This document shows, piece by piece, positions 46,715 to 57,294 of a stretch of 64,000 nucleotides of DNA; the stretch's first letter is position 1; each line of letters begins with the position of its first letter. The notes under the pieces were generated by a model. It did not search any database and was not told the DNA's origin. It was given only the letters and a program-made list of their open reading frames with translations. Source of the DNA: Candidatus Cloacimonadales bacterium (GTDB lineage: Bacteria > Cloacimonadota > Cloacimonadia > Cloacimonadales > JAFGVF01). The position numbers and the translations under genes are program-made. The stretch covers positions 2,848,001 through 2,912,000 of the forward strand of contig OY759729.1 in NCBI GenBank assembly GCA_963662585.1, read 5' to 3'.

Positions 46715-47638
46715 ATGAGAAAAATTGTGATAATTGAAGGTGGTACTTCTAGTGAGAGAACCGTCTCTTTAAATAGTGCTAATGAGATTTTTAAAGCCTT
46801 GGATTCTAGTTATTATGAATGCAAGAGAATTGATCCCCTTAATTATGAAAGTGTTGAAGAGTTTATAAGACAAATCAGAACAGAAAATCCCTTAATAGTA
46901 TTCAATGCTCTCCATGGTGGTGATGGAGAAAATGGTAATATGCAAGCACTTTTAGAAATGGCCAACTTGCCTTTTACAGGTTCAGGCTCACTATCAAGCA
47001 AACTAGCAATGGATAAGTATGTATCAAAATTGATAGCCAAAGATTTAAATATTCCCATTCCACAAGCCATTATAATCGATAAAAACACTTGCTTAGATAA
47101 TTTAAAAATTGACTTCCAAACTCCCTATATAGTAAAACCTAATAGTGGGGGCTCTTCAGTAGGAATTACTAAAGTTGAAAATATAAAAGATTTAGCAGAG
47201 GCTGTAAATTCGGCCTTAGAATTTGATGATAAGGCCCTGATTGAAGAATTTATACCAGGAAAAGAGATTACTGTAACTATTTTGGGAAATCAAACTTACC
47301 CACCTATAGAAATTAGACCTAAGAATGGCTGGTATGATTATCAAAATAAATACACTAAAGGCAATACTGAATATATATGTCCAGCGGAAATCTCAGCAGA
47401 TAATACTAGCAAAGTAGAAGAAATGGCTTATAATTTCTTCAAGAGAATATCTGGTAAAGTTTATGGAAGAGTAGATTTTAGATTCGATGGGAAAGAATTC
47501 TATTTTCTTGAAGCTAATACTCTTCCAGGAATGACTTCGTTAAGTCTAACTCCGATGGCTGTAAGAAGCAAAGGAATTGATTTTAAAACACTACTGATAA
47601 AAATAATTGATTTATCTCTCTCTAAGGAGGAGTTATGA
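46715..47638 (+). CDS. ddl: D-alanine--D-alanine ligase
   Basis: GGTSSERTVSLNSA, LHGGDGENG, VKPNSGGSSVG, YDYQNKY, GRVDF, EANTLPGMT. Confidence 0.96.
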   Translation: MRKIVIIEGGTSSERTVSLNSANEIFKALDSSYYECKRIDPLNYESVEEFIRQIRTENPLIVFNALHGGDGENGNMQALLEMANLPFTGSGSLSSKLAMDKYVSKLIAKDLNIPIPQAIIIDKNTCLDNLKIDFQTPYIVKPNSGGSSVGITKVENIKDLAEAVNSALEFDDKALIEEFIPGKEITVTILGNQTYPPIEIRPKNGWYDYQNKYTKGNTEYICPAEISADNTSKVEEMAYNFFKRISGKVYGRVDFRFDGKEFYFLEANTLPGMTSLSLTPMAVRSKGIDFKTLLIKIIDLSLSKEEL

Positions 47639-48759
47639 AAAGAATTATAGTTTTTCTTCTCTTTTTTGTTTTTATTACAACTATATTTGCTAATAATGCT
47701 TATGTTGTAAGACTCTCTTGTACTCAACCGGTTCTGAATATTCTTAAGGTTAGCTATTTTGATCCTGCTGAACCATATTCGCAACCAACATTATTTTGTT
47801 TAACGACAACAATCCCACCTCAACATGAAAATGATAGTAATGACTTTGCTTCCTATGAACTGAGTGTTGATTTTTTCTGGAACGGTGATAGATTAACAGG
47901 GACAACCTTAAATCCAGTAGATTACCCAAGTTTATCTAATGAATTTGGTAGGCTTTTTTCTGTTACTAATAGAGACTTGATTACCTCAACAGATAACAAT
48001 TTCTTCGAGGCTGATGGTGGTTTTTCTTTTGATGATATTATTGATAGCAATCCTAAATTTAAAGATTTTGTTTTAGAGACTGGAAGATTTCCTGATGGAA
48101 ATTATAGAATCGATATAGCTTTAACACCAGAAGACGAAGGACTTTATCAGGGAGATCAGGCAAGTGTCAGCTTCTCAGTAAGAGGAATTCAATCAGTAAG
48201 AGTAATTTCTCCTGGAGTTACTGTAGGCTCAACCAATATTCCTACCAAATTCCAACCTATTATTTTCAATTGGACTACATCAGGATTCAATAATAACTTT
48301 ATCATAGAAATTAAAGAATTTGATCAAATCTATGAATTAGACCCAACTAATATCGAATACAATGGCCGAGTTGTCGAGTCTCAAGAAGTATATAATAATA
48401 CTATCTATAATCCTACTTTTGCTTTTCAAGAAGATAAATATTACGCTTGGCGTGCTAAAGTTAAATTTGTTGGGGAGGAATCTCTAAATCAAGAGGGATA
48501 TGAGCAATACTTAGCTAGTAGTTATCATGTATTTAAGTTTGGTTGTGCTCCTAATGTTGATATTCCTAATCCTTTCCAAGAGGAGCTCTTTAATAATCTT
48601 CTAAATTTAAATATTGCTGAGATTAATGCCCTAATAGAAGCTGGTTATTTCCCTAAAGACGGTATTCAACTTAATGGCCAAACAATTTATGGCAAAGAAG
48701 CTGTCGATAAACTCAGAGCATTATTCATGACTTATGATATCGAAGTTAGTGTAGAATAA
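47635..48759 (+). CDS. Secreted hypothetical protein with Ig/FN3-like segment
   Basis: Signal peptide (..TIFA); VISPG..PIIFNWT..YYAWRAKV; start overlaps the ddl stop. Confidence 0.7.
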   Translation: MKRIIVFLLFFVFITTIFANNAYVVRLSCTQPVLNILKVSYFDPAEPYSQPTLFCLTTTIPPQHENDSNDFASYELSVDFFWNGDRLTGTTLNPVDYPSLSNEFGRLFSVTNRDLITSTDNNFFEADGGFSFDDIIDSNPKFKDFVLETGRFPDGNYRIDIALTPEDEGLYQGDQASVSFSVRGIQSVRVISPGVTVGSTNIPTKFQPIIFNWTTSGFNNNFIIEIKEFDQIYELDPTNIEYNGRVVESQEVYNNTIYNPTFAFQEDKYYAWRAKVKFVGEESLNQEGYEQYLASSYHVFKFGCAPNVDIPNPFQEELFNNLLNLNIAEINALIEAGYFPKDGIQLNGQTIYGKEAVDKLRALFMTYDIEVSVE

Positions 48760-48764
48760 GGGAG

Positions 48765-50123
48765 ATGATTATGAAAAAAATATTAACAATTACTTTATTA
48801 TTATTTGCTTGTTTTATGATGGCAGAAGATATTGCAATATTCACTAAAATACAGGGTGAAGTATATAGTGTGCAAGATACAATAAAGACTTTTCACCAGC
48901 AGGGAGATTTTATTGGAAATAATTCTACTATCTACTCTAATGCTGACTCTTATGCTCTTCTTCAATATAAATTCACCAATGGATCATTAAGGATATTTCC
49001 CAACTCAGTAGTTAGTATAATTAGTCTTGATAGTTTAAATACTAAAGTTTCGCTTTCTGGCGGTAAGATACTTAATGATTTAAAAGATAAAATTACAGGT
49101 TCCTACACTGTTGAAACAAACTCAACAGTTGCCTCAGTTCGTGGTACCGCTTTTGAAGTGTTCATAACCGAAGAGGGAACCGATGTAAAAGTTGTAAATG
49201 GTAATGTGGATGTTTTAAACAAGATATCAGGGAAAAGCCATTCTTTAGGAGCAAATCAAAGATTAATCTCTCGTAATAGTGGAGAATTGATTGAACTTAC
49301 ACCTGAAGGTAATCCTCTCCCAGCTCCAGAAGATGAAAAGGAAGAACCTAGTGAATCTTCTAATCAAAGCAGAAATAATAACTTAAGTTCACCTAATGAT
49401 CTTTCATCACCTCCTTCTGACATTAGCTCAATTAGGCCAACGGTTGTAAAAACAGAAACTCCAGTTAAAACTACTCCTAAAGAAGAAGTGAAAACAGAAT
49501 CAGATACATCTGAATTCTACCCAATTGCTGTAGTTCTAAAGATTAAAGGGGAGCTTCTTCTAATTAGAAATGACCAAGAATTAGAATGTCCAGTAGGAAC
49601 TATCTTGCAGAGTAATGATAAAGTTAGAACTGCTGATAACTCTTTAGCTTTAGTCAAATTTGTCGATAATAGTAGTCAAATCAGAATCTTCTCTAATAGT
49701 GAAGTGATTATCAATGCTGAGCATGACAAGGAATTGTTGAATAAGAACTTAGATCTAAAAGGTGGCTCAATTCTTTCTAATGTGAATAAAAAGATTGTAG
49801 GAAAATATTCTGTCTCAACTTCATCCACTATTGCCTCAGTCCGAGGTACTGAATTCTTAGTTGAGTTAATAGATGGTATTACTAGGGTTATCGGTTTCTC
49901 AGGTCAAGTTGAGGTAGAGAACAAAGAAACAGGTGAGAAAGTTATGGTAACTAAAGGTAACACTGCTACATCTAAAGAGGATGGTACTCTGGATAGGCAA
50001 GAAACTGGTGAGATTCCTGCTGATGTGAATGAAGAATTGCAGTCAATTGAGTATGAAAATACAATGAAAATAAATTTTGAAAATGAAGATGGTTCAATCA
50101 AAACAATTATCTTAGAGTACTAG
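48765..50123 (+). CDS. Secreted protein with two tandem FecR domains
   Basis: Signal peptide; two copies of LRIFxNS..GxI..TxxTxASVRGTxF.V separated by a P/S/T/E-rich linker. Confidence 0.85.
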   Translation: MIMKKILTITLLLFACFMMAEDIAIFTKIQGEVYSVQDTIKTFHQQGDFIGNNSTIYSNADSYALLQYKFTNGSLRIFPNSVVSIISLDSLNTKVSLSGGKILNDLKDKITGSYTVETNSTVASVRGTAFEVFITEEGTDVKVVNGNVDVLNKISGKSHSLGANQRLISRNSGELIELTPEGNPLPAPEDEKEEPSESSNQSRNNNLSSPNDLSSPPSDISSIRPTVVKTETPVKTTPKEEVKTESDTSEFYPIAVVLKIKGELLLIRNDQELECPVGTILQSNDKVRTADNSLALVKFVDNSSQIRIFSNSEVIINAEHDKELLNKNLDLKGGSILSNVNKKIVGKYSVSTSSTIASVRGTEFLVELIDGITRVIGFSGQVEVENKETGEKVMVTKGNTATSKEDGTLDRQETGEIPADVNEELQSIEYENTMKINFENEDGSIKTIILEY

Positions 50124-50129
50124 GGGGAT

Positions 50130-52559
50130 ATGATGAAAAAGATTATACTATTTGTTTTATTAGTATTGAGTGTTGCACTATATTCTGAGATAAGCATTGA
50201 TCATACAGAACCATATATTGCTTATAGAGATTCAATAATCAATCTGGATATAACAATTGAGGGTAATTGGCAAGATGTAACTGAAGTAAATATCTATTAT
50301 CGTGAGAGAGGTGATGTTGCTTTTAGTACTTTAAGTATAGACCCTCAATCAAGCCAAAATGGTGATTATGAAGCAGCTATTTCTGTCTCAGAGTTTTCTC
50401 GAGGAATAGAATATTACATTGAAGCTATAACCCTAGATGGTAGCCTAAAAACTTATCCTGAGAATCAACCAACATTAAGTCCGATTATGGTTCAAATTAT
50501 TGATAATGTAATGAACACTGATTTTGTTGTTCTCAATGATTTAAAAGATATTGAAGAAGGAACTGAATTTTCTTTATCAATCTCTCTTTTCAATATCCAA
50601 GATAAACTAGACTACAATACTATAAAGATCTTTAGAAATGGCAAAAATGTGACTAAAGATCTAATAATAACACCAACACTCTTAGTCTATAATGTTAGGA
50701 AACTAAAGAAGAGTTTTAATTTTCAAATTACTGCCCAAACACTTGCTGGGGAAGCACTGGATTCAGGTGAGCTAAGGGTGGAAGTTAAACAGAAAATGTT
50801 TGCTTATGAACTACCATTTAACCTAAGAGGAAGTGTTAACTACAAAGGAAATACTAATAAGTTCTCTTATGATGATTCTAATAACCAAGGGAGTGAAGAA
50901 TCTACTAATACCCATAGTGCTATTTTTAATGTTAGTGGACATAGTAAATTCGTTCGACTTAATTCTAGGATTTATCTCTCTTCTTTAGAAGACTCTGATA
51001 GACAAGCAATAAATCGTTACTCATTTGATGTAAAAGTTCCTCACTATAATTTATATCTTGGGGACGAGACTCCTTATTTATCTGAATTAACTTTAAATAG
51101 TACAAATGTTAGAGGATTTGGTAGTAAATTACACTTCAAATATTTCTTACTTGAAGGATATTGGGGAAATAGTGCTCGCGAAATCTCAACTAAAGAAGAA
51201 AACGGGATTTATATTCCAGGTACATTTAAGAGGGAAACAGGAGCAGTTAGATTAGCTTTCGGTAATCAAAATGCTTTCCAATTCGGTTTTAATTTAGCCA
51301 AGAATAAAGATAGAATTTCTTCACTTAACTACTCAGATTATTATATCCCTCAATTTACTTCATCCAATGAAGATGATGAAGAGAGTGAAACTGATAAGCA
51401 AATCATTAATCCTATTGATAATCTTGTCTTCTCTACTGATTTTAAACTTACTAGTCCTAGAAAGTTATATACTTTCGGAGCAGAAATTGCTATGAGTGCT
51501 TATAATTCAAATATCATTGATGGCGCAATATCTCAAGAAGAGCTAGAAAATGATATCGGCGAGGATTTGCCTTTTGACCCTGAATCTTTAGATGGCTTCT
51601 TTATAATTAATAAGAATACGGAACCATTAAGTATATCTTCTGCAAACCTTGCTTATAAAATCTATAGCAGTCTGTATATTGCTGGAAATTTATTCAGTTT
51701 AAATTACTCACAGACAGGTAGCGCTTTCAACTCACTTTCCGCAAAAAATGTTAATCCTAATACTAAAGAACTCACTTTCTCAGATAATATTAATTTCCAC
51801 AATACTGTTTTTGTTGATTTCTCTTATAGTAGAGTAAGTGATAATATCTCTGAAAACTTAGCAACAACTAATGTATATAGTAATTATAGCTTAAATTCTC
51901 TATTCCGCAGAGATAAACTACCTATACTTAGATTTAGTTTTAATAAAGGTAGAACTAGTATTGAGAACAATGATAATATTGAAATTTCTGAAGATTTTGA
52001 TGAATCCCAAGAATTTAGAACTATAGCTTATGGTGCTGGTATTGGCTATGATTTTGATATGGTCCCCTATGTCCCTTTTAACATAGATTTTGATTATCAA
52101 ACTAGCCTTGATGAAGATGATTTACGAGATGCTTATAAGTATGAAAACAATAGTTTTTATTTCAGATATCGTTCTAAAATGACAGAGATTCCTCTTTCAA
52201 CAGAAGTAAATTTTGGTATAACCAAATCAGTAGGCCATATTTCTGGTTACGGCGAGGAAGATAGTGCTTATTACCAAAAGGAAAAATGGGATAAATCTTC
52301 CGCAAGAATAAAAGTCCAATATGAATTACTTGATTCTATGATTGTGCCATTCTTCGATTATAGAATTAATAATAATGAGAATGAAGATGATAGTGATTTA
52401 AATAATAGCTATTCTGCTACATCCTTGGGGTTAAGTTATTACCCATTCAAACTAACTTCTCTAACTTCAAGCTTTACCCTAAAAGATAAAAGCTATGAAA
52501 GAGAAGGAGCTGATTATTCATCAGTAAATTGGTATCTTAATATCATTCAGAAATTCTAA
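50130..52559 (+). CDS. Putative outer-membrane beta-barrel protein with N-terminal Ig-like domains
   Basis: Signal peptide; IDHTEP..IEYYIEA N-terminal domain; alternating aromatic beta-strands; C-terminal WYLNIIQKF beta-signal. Confidence 0.65.
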   Translation: MMKKIILFVLLVLSVALYSEISIDHTEPYIAYRDSIINLDITIEGNWQDVTEVNIYYRERGDVAFSTLSIDPQSSQNGDYEAAISVSEFSRGIEYYIEAITLDGSLKTYPENQPTLSPIMVQIIDNVMNTDFVVLNDLKDIEEGTEFSLSISLFNIQDKLDYNTIKIFRNGKNVTKDLIITPTLLVYNVRKLKKSFNFQITAQTLAGEALDSGELRVEVKQKMFAYELPFNLRGSVNYKGNTNKFSYDDSNNQGSEESTNTHSAIFNVSGHSKFVRLNSRIYLSSLEDSDRQAINRYSFDVKVPHYNLYLGDETPYLSELTLNSTNVRGFGSKLHFKYFLLEGYWGNSAREISTKEENGIYIPGTFKRETGAVRLAFGNQNAFQFGFNLAKNKDRISSLNYSDYYIPQFTSSNEDDEESETDKQIINPIDNLVFSTDFKLTSPRKLYTFGAEIAMSAYNSNIIDGAISQEELENDIGEDLPFDPESLDGFFIINKNTEPLSISSANLAYKIYSSLYIAGNLFSLNYSQTGSAFNSLSAKNVNPNTKELTFSDNINFHNTVFVDFSYSRVSDNISENLATTNVYSNYSLNSLFRRDKLPILRFSFNKGRTSIENNDNIEISEDFDESQEFRTIAYGAGIGYDFDMVPYVPFNIDFDYQTSLDEDDLRDAYKYENNSFYFRYRSKMTEIPLSTEVNFGITKSVGHISGYGEEDSAYYQKEKWDKSSARIKVQYELLDSMIVPFFDYRINNNENEDDSDLNNSYSATSLGLSYYPFKLTSLTSSFTLKDKSYEREGADYSSVNWYLNIIQKF

Positions 52560-52564
52560 TAAAA

Positions 52565-54556
52565 ATGAAATTAACTAAGTATAAATTTGTTGTAGTAGCT
52601 TTCTTTGTTTTTTTTATAACAATATTTAGCTCTTTTACCAACATATTTATTCAGTTAGAAACTAAATTATATGACCTCTTTATGCAACAAAGAGGTCATC
52701 TTTCTCTTACTGATAAAGTAGAGATTGTCGCAATTGATGAAGAAACAATGAGAATTTTAAACATTCAATGGCCTCTGCCACGCTCTCTCTATATTCAAGC
52801 TATAGAGAATATCAGAAAAGCAGGGGGACAAGTAATTGTCTTCGATATTCAATTCCCTGAAACAGCCCAGATTTCTCTTATAGGTGATGAAAATCAATTC
52901 TTAGTGGAATCGGTGAATGAAAAGTTAGAACAATACGATAGAGAATTAGGAGTTATTTCTAAGGAAAATAATGTTATCCATGCCTGTAAAATTGAAAAAG
53001 AAGGTAATAGTCACTTCTTACTTCTTCCTAATAAAAGAACAATGGAAGCTAACCCTAAATTAGGTTTAGTTTCTAATTTTACGGATAAAGATAACTCTTT
53101 GCGTAAATACCAAGTAATGGATGAACTCAACAAGAAAGACTATTATTCCCTTTCCTTAAAAGCTTTCTCTCTTTACCAACAGAGCCCAATTGAAGTCAAC
53201 AAAGAAGAAAAACTAATCTTGTGTGCAAATCAAGAAATTCCCTATTTTTTAAATTATCTTACCTATATCAACTATCGCAATAGTGCTGGAAGTTTTACCG
53301 GAGACAGAACAATAAACTCTGCTAGCACTTATTACTCCTTTATAGATCTTATAGATTTAAACTCAGGATTAAGCTCTGATGAGATGGATTTCTTCTCTGA
53401 TATTGAAATTGATGAAGAACTAGCAGCTAGGTTTCAAGATTTCGGGATTAGCACAGACGAGATTACTAAGACAAATTTAGATAAACTTATCGAGAAGCAA
53501 GTCTTTAAAAATAAGATTATCTTCATCGGTTCTACCTTGAAGGAACATCATGACAATTTTAGTACTCCATTTGGGGTAATGCCTGGGGTGGAAGTACATG
53601 CTAATTTCTTAGATTCTTTAATTGCTGATGATTTACTAACTCATATTAATCACTACTTTTTCCTTTTAATAATTCTTCTCGTAATTGTTTTATTTAGCTT
53701 GGTATGCCAAAAATATAATGCCTATAAAACCTTAGGTCTGCTCCTAATTATGCTTGTTATTCATTATTTAGTAGTCCTATCTGCTTTGAAGTACTTTAAT
53801 TTTATCATTCCTAAATTAGAAATAATCTTCTCCTTAGTAATTATTTACATCTTTAACTTAGTTGATAAATACCTGCAAGAAGCAAAAGCTAAGAGGGAGA
53901 TTAAATCTGCTTTCCAACATTATATGGCTCCTGAGCTTGTTGAAGAATTAATTTCTGACCCTAAACAACTTCAATATGGGGGAGCTACTAAAGAAATATC
54001 AGTTCTCTTCTCTGACATTCGTTCTTTCACAACTTTTACTGAATCTCATCCTATGGAAGAGACAGTTGCCATGCTCAGAGAGTATTTAACAGAAATGACG
54101 AAGATAGTGATAGAGAATAAGGGAATTATTGATAAATTTGTAGGAGACGAAATCATGGCCCTCTTTGGCACTCCTATCAAGGATGAGAATCATGCTTATA
54201 ATGCCTGTAAAACAGCTATGGTAATGCGGGAAAGACTTACTCAAATGCAGGAGAAGTGGAAAGAAGAAGGGAAGGATATAATAGAAATAGGAATTGGTGT
54301 TAATTCTGGATTTGCAGTAGTAGGAAACTTAGGTTCTGAGCAAGTTTTTGATTATACTGCCATTGGTGATAATATAAACTTGGGTGCTAGATTAGAAGCT
54401 TCTAATAAAAAGTATCCTAGTGATAATAAGATTATAATCTCAGAATTCACCTTGAAGCATATTGAAGATAGGGCAGAAGTTGCTTTTATTTGTAATGAAC
54501 AGGTTAAAGGTAAGAACTTAGGTGTTGATATTTATCACCTACTGAAACTTAAATAA
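52565..54556 (+). CDS. CHASE2-domain class III adenylate cyclase
   Basis: CHASE2 motifs (IVAIDE, WPLPRS, FDIQF, PGVEVHAN), 3 TM helices, cyclase core LFSDIRSFT, DKFVGD, DYTAIGDNINLGARLE. Confidence 0.93.
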   Translation: MKLTKYKFVVVAFFVFFITIFSSFTNIFIQLETKLYDLFMQQRGHLSLTDKVEIVAIDEETMRILNIQWPLPRSLYIQAIENIRKAGGQVIVFDIQFPETAQISLIGDENQFLVESVNEKLEQYDRELGVISKENNVIHACKIEKEGNSHFLLLPNKRTMEANPKLGLVSNFTDKDNSLRKYQVMDELNKKDYYSLSLKAFSLYQQSPIEVNKEEKLILCANQEIPYFLNYLTYINYRNSAGSFTGDRTINSASTYYSFIDLIDLNSGLSSDEMDFFSDIEIDEELAARFQDFGISTDEITKTNLDKLIEKQVFKNKIIFIGSTLKEHHDNFSTPFGVMPGVEVHANFLDSLIADDLLTHINHYFFLLIILLVIVLFSLVCQKYNAYKTLGLLLIMLVIHYLVVLSALKYFNFIIPKLEIIFSLVIIYIFNLVDKYLQEAKAKREIKSAFQHYMAPELVEELISDPKQLQYGGATKEISVLFSDIRSFTTFTESHPMEETVAMLREYLTEMTKIVIENKGIIDKFVGDEIMALFGTPIKDENHAYNACKTAMVMRERLTQMQEKWKEEGKDIIEIGIGVNSGFAVVGNLGSEQVFDYTAIGDNINLGARLEASNKKYPSDNKIIISEFTLKHIEDRAEVAFICNEQVKGKNLGVDIYHLLKLK

Positions 54557-54646
54557 AATTATAAAGAAAGAGTCGTTTATACTTGACATTAATAACTTAA
54601 AATGAATAGTAAACTATTCTAAGATATATTTTCGAAAGGAGGAGAG

Positions 54647-55735
54647 ATGTTGAAAATTTCGGTTAAAGAATTACAAGAATTTATGGTAGAAGTTTTTTCA
54701 AAATTAGGTGTAGCTCAAGATGAAGCAAAAATATGTGCTGAGGTCTTAATTGAATCAGATTTACGAGGAATCGAATCACATGGTATTGGCCGTTGTAAAA
54801 TGTATTATGACAGAATTAAAGCAGGGATTCAATTTCCTACTACTAAGATAGATGTAATTAGGGATAAATATGCTACTGCTGTCTGGGATGGTAATCATGG
54901 CATGGGACATGTTATCTCTCATAAAGCAATGCAAACAGCCATAGATAAAGCAAAACAGTATGGAATCGGATGTGTTGTAGTAAGAAACTCTACTCATTAT
55001 GGTATTGCTGGCTATTATGCTTCAATGGCGATAAAAGAAGATATGATTGGTATGACCTTCACAAATGCCAGACCTTCAATAGCTCCTACAAATGGTGTTG
55101 ATCCAATGCTAGGGACTAATCCAATTTGTTTTGGAGCTCCTTCTAACTTGGAATATCCTTTCTTATTTGATGGGGCAACTTCTATTTCTCAAAGAGGCAA
55201 GATTGAAGTGTTAGATAGAGAAGGTAAAGAGACTCCAATCGGTTGGGCTATAGATAGAGAAGGAAATCCCTTTACCGATACCAAAAAACTCTTAAAAGAC
55301 CTTGTTTCTAAACAGGCTGCTATGTTACCTATTGGTGGGGCAGATGAAGAAACTGGTTCTCATAAAGGATATAGTCTGGGTGTAATGGTTGAAATTCTCT
55401 GTGCTGCTTTACAAAATGGCTCCTACTTGCAGGGATTACATGGTTTCGATGAAGAGGGCAAGCAAGTACCATATAAATTAGGGCATTTCTTCTTAGCAAT
55501 TAATATTGACTTCTTTACTGAAATAGACGACTTTAAGAAGATAACTGGAGATATAATGAAAACTCTGCAAGGCTCACAAGTAGCTCCTAATAAAGATAAG
55601 ATTTGGATAGCAGGAGAGAAAGAGTATTATAAAGAAAAAGAAGTCCGTGCTGAAGGAGTTCCAATTACACCTGCTCTCTTAAATAATCTCAAAATAATGA
55701 AAAAAGAGTTAGGTATCGAGTTATTGGATATTTAA
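54647..55735 (+). CDS. Ldh_2 family (malate/L-lactate/ureidoglycolate-type) dehydrogenase
   Basis: DLRGIESHG, RNSTHYG, LGTNPI, HKGYSLG; TTGACA at 54583. Confidence 0.9.
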   Translation: MLKISVKELQEFMVEVFSKLGVAQDEAKICAEVLIESDLRGIESHGIGRCKMYYDRIKAGIQFPTTKIDVIRDKYATAVWDGNHGMGHVISHKAMQTAIDKAKQYGIGCVVVRNSTHYGIAGYYASMAIKEDMIGMTFTNARPSIAPTNGVDPMLGTNPICFGAPSNLEYPFLFDGATSISQRGKIEVLDREGKETPIGWAIDREGNPFTDTKKLLKDLVSKQAAMLPIGGADEETGSHKGYSLGVMVEILCAALQNGSYLQGLHGFDEEGKQVPYKLGHFFLAINIDFFTEIDDFKKITGDIMKTLQGSQVAPNKDKIWIAGEKEYYKEKEVRAEGVPITPALLNNLKIMKKELGIELLDI

Positions 55736-55827
55736 GAAAGATTAGCTCAATAATTGTTTCGCTTGACAAAAATAATATAAATTACATATATTTAAAATAA
55801 TAAAAATAATATATTAAGGGAGAAAAT

Positions 55828-57285
55828 ATGAAAAAGATTTTTATGTTTTTATTGATTCTACTACCTCTTGTTCTAATGGCACAAGTAGGTGGTGAAGAGG
55901 GTTCTCAATCTACTGATTTTCAAATGGGTGGTTCTGTTGGAGCTACAACTATTAATGGAGAAACATATACTAGAATAAGACTAAATCCTGAACTCTCATT
56001 TTGGAAGTTTGGAGTTGGTTTAGATATTGATTTGTTAATAACTGGGGCTGGAGATATTAGAGAAGAGGATTGGGATGAATGGCAAGACTACATAAACAAG
56101 ATTCTCTATCTAAGATATGCTCATCGTGGCGATCCCTTCTATGCTTTAGTAGGAAGTTTCCCATCTTACACTTTAGCAAATGGACTTATTATTAATGGTT
56201 ATACTAATATGCTTAACTATCCTGATCAAAAGAAGATAGGTGGGTATATGGGATTTAATACAGATATTAGTGGTTTTGGTATGGAAATGTTTGCTGCCGA
56301 TTTTAGACAGATGGATATTTTTGCCACCAGAGCTCATTTCAAACCAATGAAAGTATCGAATTTTCCTCTCTTAGAGAACTTTGTCTTAGGAGCATCTTTT
56401 GCTCATGACAGAGACCAATATTTGAGATTTGAAGATTCAGATAATGATAATGTTCCTGATATTTTTGACGATTTCCCCAATGATGGTGATCATGCTGTTG
56501 ATACTGATGGAGATGGTTTTAATGATGAAGAAGATATTGATGCAGATGGAGATAATATTTATGATCCTCTAGATCCAGATATTCAGTTAGCAGAAAGACC
56601 TGTTTATGATAAAGCAGAAAGTGTAAGTATCCTGGGTGTAGATTATTTATTACCTATTATTGATCAAGAGTATCTTAAATTCTATCACTATGCAGAAGCA
56701 GCTAAGATTGTAGATTATGGTATGGGTTTTATCTTCCCTGGATTCGGTGCTAAGGTAGCTATCTTTGATTTAAAACTTGAAGGTAGAAGATTTGAAGATG
56801 AGTTTATTCCTGGATTTTTTGATTATTTATATGATGATCAGAGAGCTTTTGTTGTAGGAGAAGAGATTTATACTAAAACTTCAATTCTTAATTCAGTGAA
56901 TGCTTCCACAGGTTGGTATGGTTCAGCAACAACAAACATTGCTAATATTATCTATTTTGATTTAGCTTATCAAGATATGTATGGTAAAGATGTAATAACT
57001 GGCAAATCTCTTTGGGCTGGACTAAGAGCAGATACAAGTATGATACCAAAGATTAAAGAAGCATCGATAATGTACTCTCAAACAAATAAGCAATACATCA
57101 ATTTTACAGAGTTTAGAAATGAGAATGCTACCGTTAATGGTAAAGTTTCTTATGAATTGGGTGGAAACTCATTTCTAGTTGGAAATTATCAAGAACGCTA
57201 TTCTGATACAAATGGTGATGGTAAAATTAAAGGTGAAGATGAAATCGCCAAAACATTCAGTTTTACTGTCGAATTTTTATTCTAA
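55828..57285 (+). CDS. Putative outer-membrane beta-barrel protein with Asp-rich Ca-binding-like insert
   Basis: Signal peptide; DSDNDNVPD..DTDGDGFND..DADGDN (TSP3-like); C-terminal FSFTVEFLF. Confidence 0.65.
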   Translation: MKKIFMFLLILLPLVLMAQVGGEEGSQSTDFQMGGSVGATTINGETYTRIRLNPELSFWKFGVGLDIDLLITGAGDIREEDWDEWQDYINKILYLRYAHRGDPFYALVGSFPSYTLANGLIINGYTNMLNYPDQKKIGGYMGFNTDISGFGMEMFAADFRQMDIFATRAHFKPMKVSNFPLLENFVLGASFAHDRDQYLRFEDSDNDNVPDIFDDFPNDGDHAVDTDGDGFNDEEDIDADGDNIYDPLDPDIQLAERPVYDKAESVSILGVDYLLPIIDQEYLKFYHYAEAAKIVDYGMGFIFPGFGAKVAIFDLKLEGRRFEDEFIPGFFDYLYDDQRAFVVGEEIYTKTSILNSVNASTGWYGSATTNIANIIYFDLAYQDMYGKDVITGKSLWAGLRADTSMIPKIKEASIMYSQTNKQYINFTEFRNENATVNGKVSYELGGNSFLVGNYQERYSDTNGDGKIKGEDEIAKTFSFTVEFLF

Positions 57286-57294
57286 GATTAAAAT

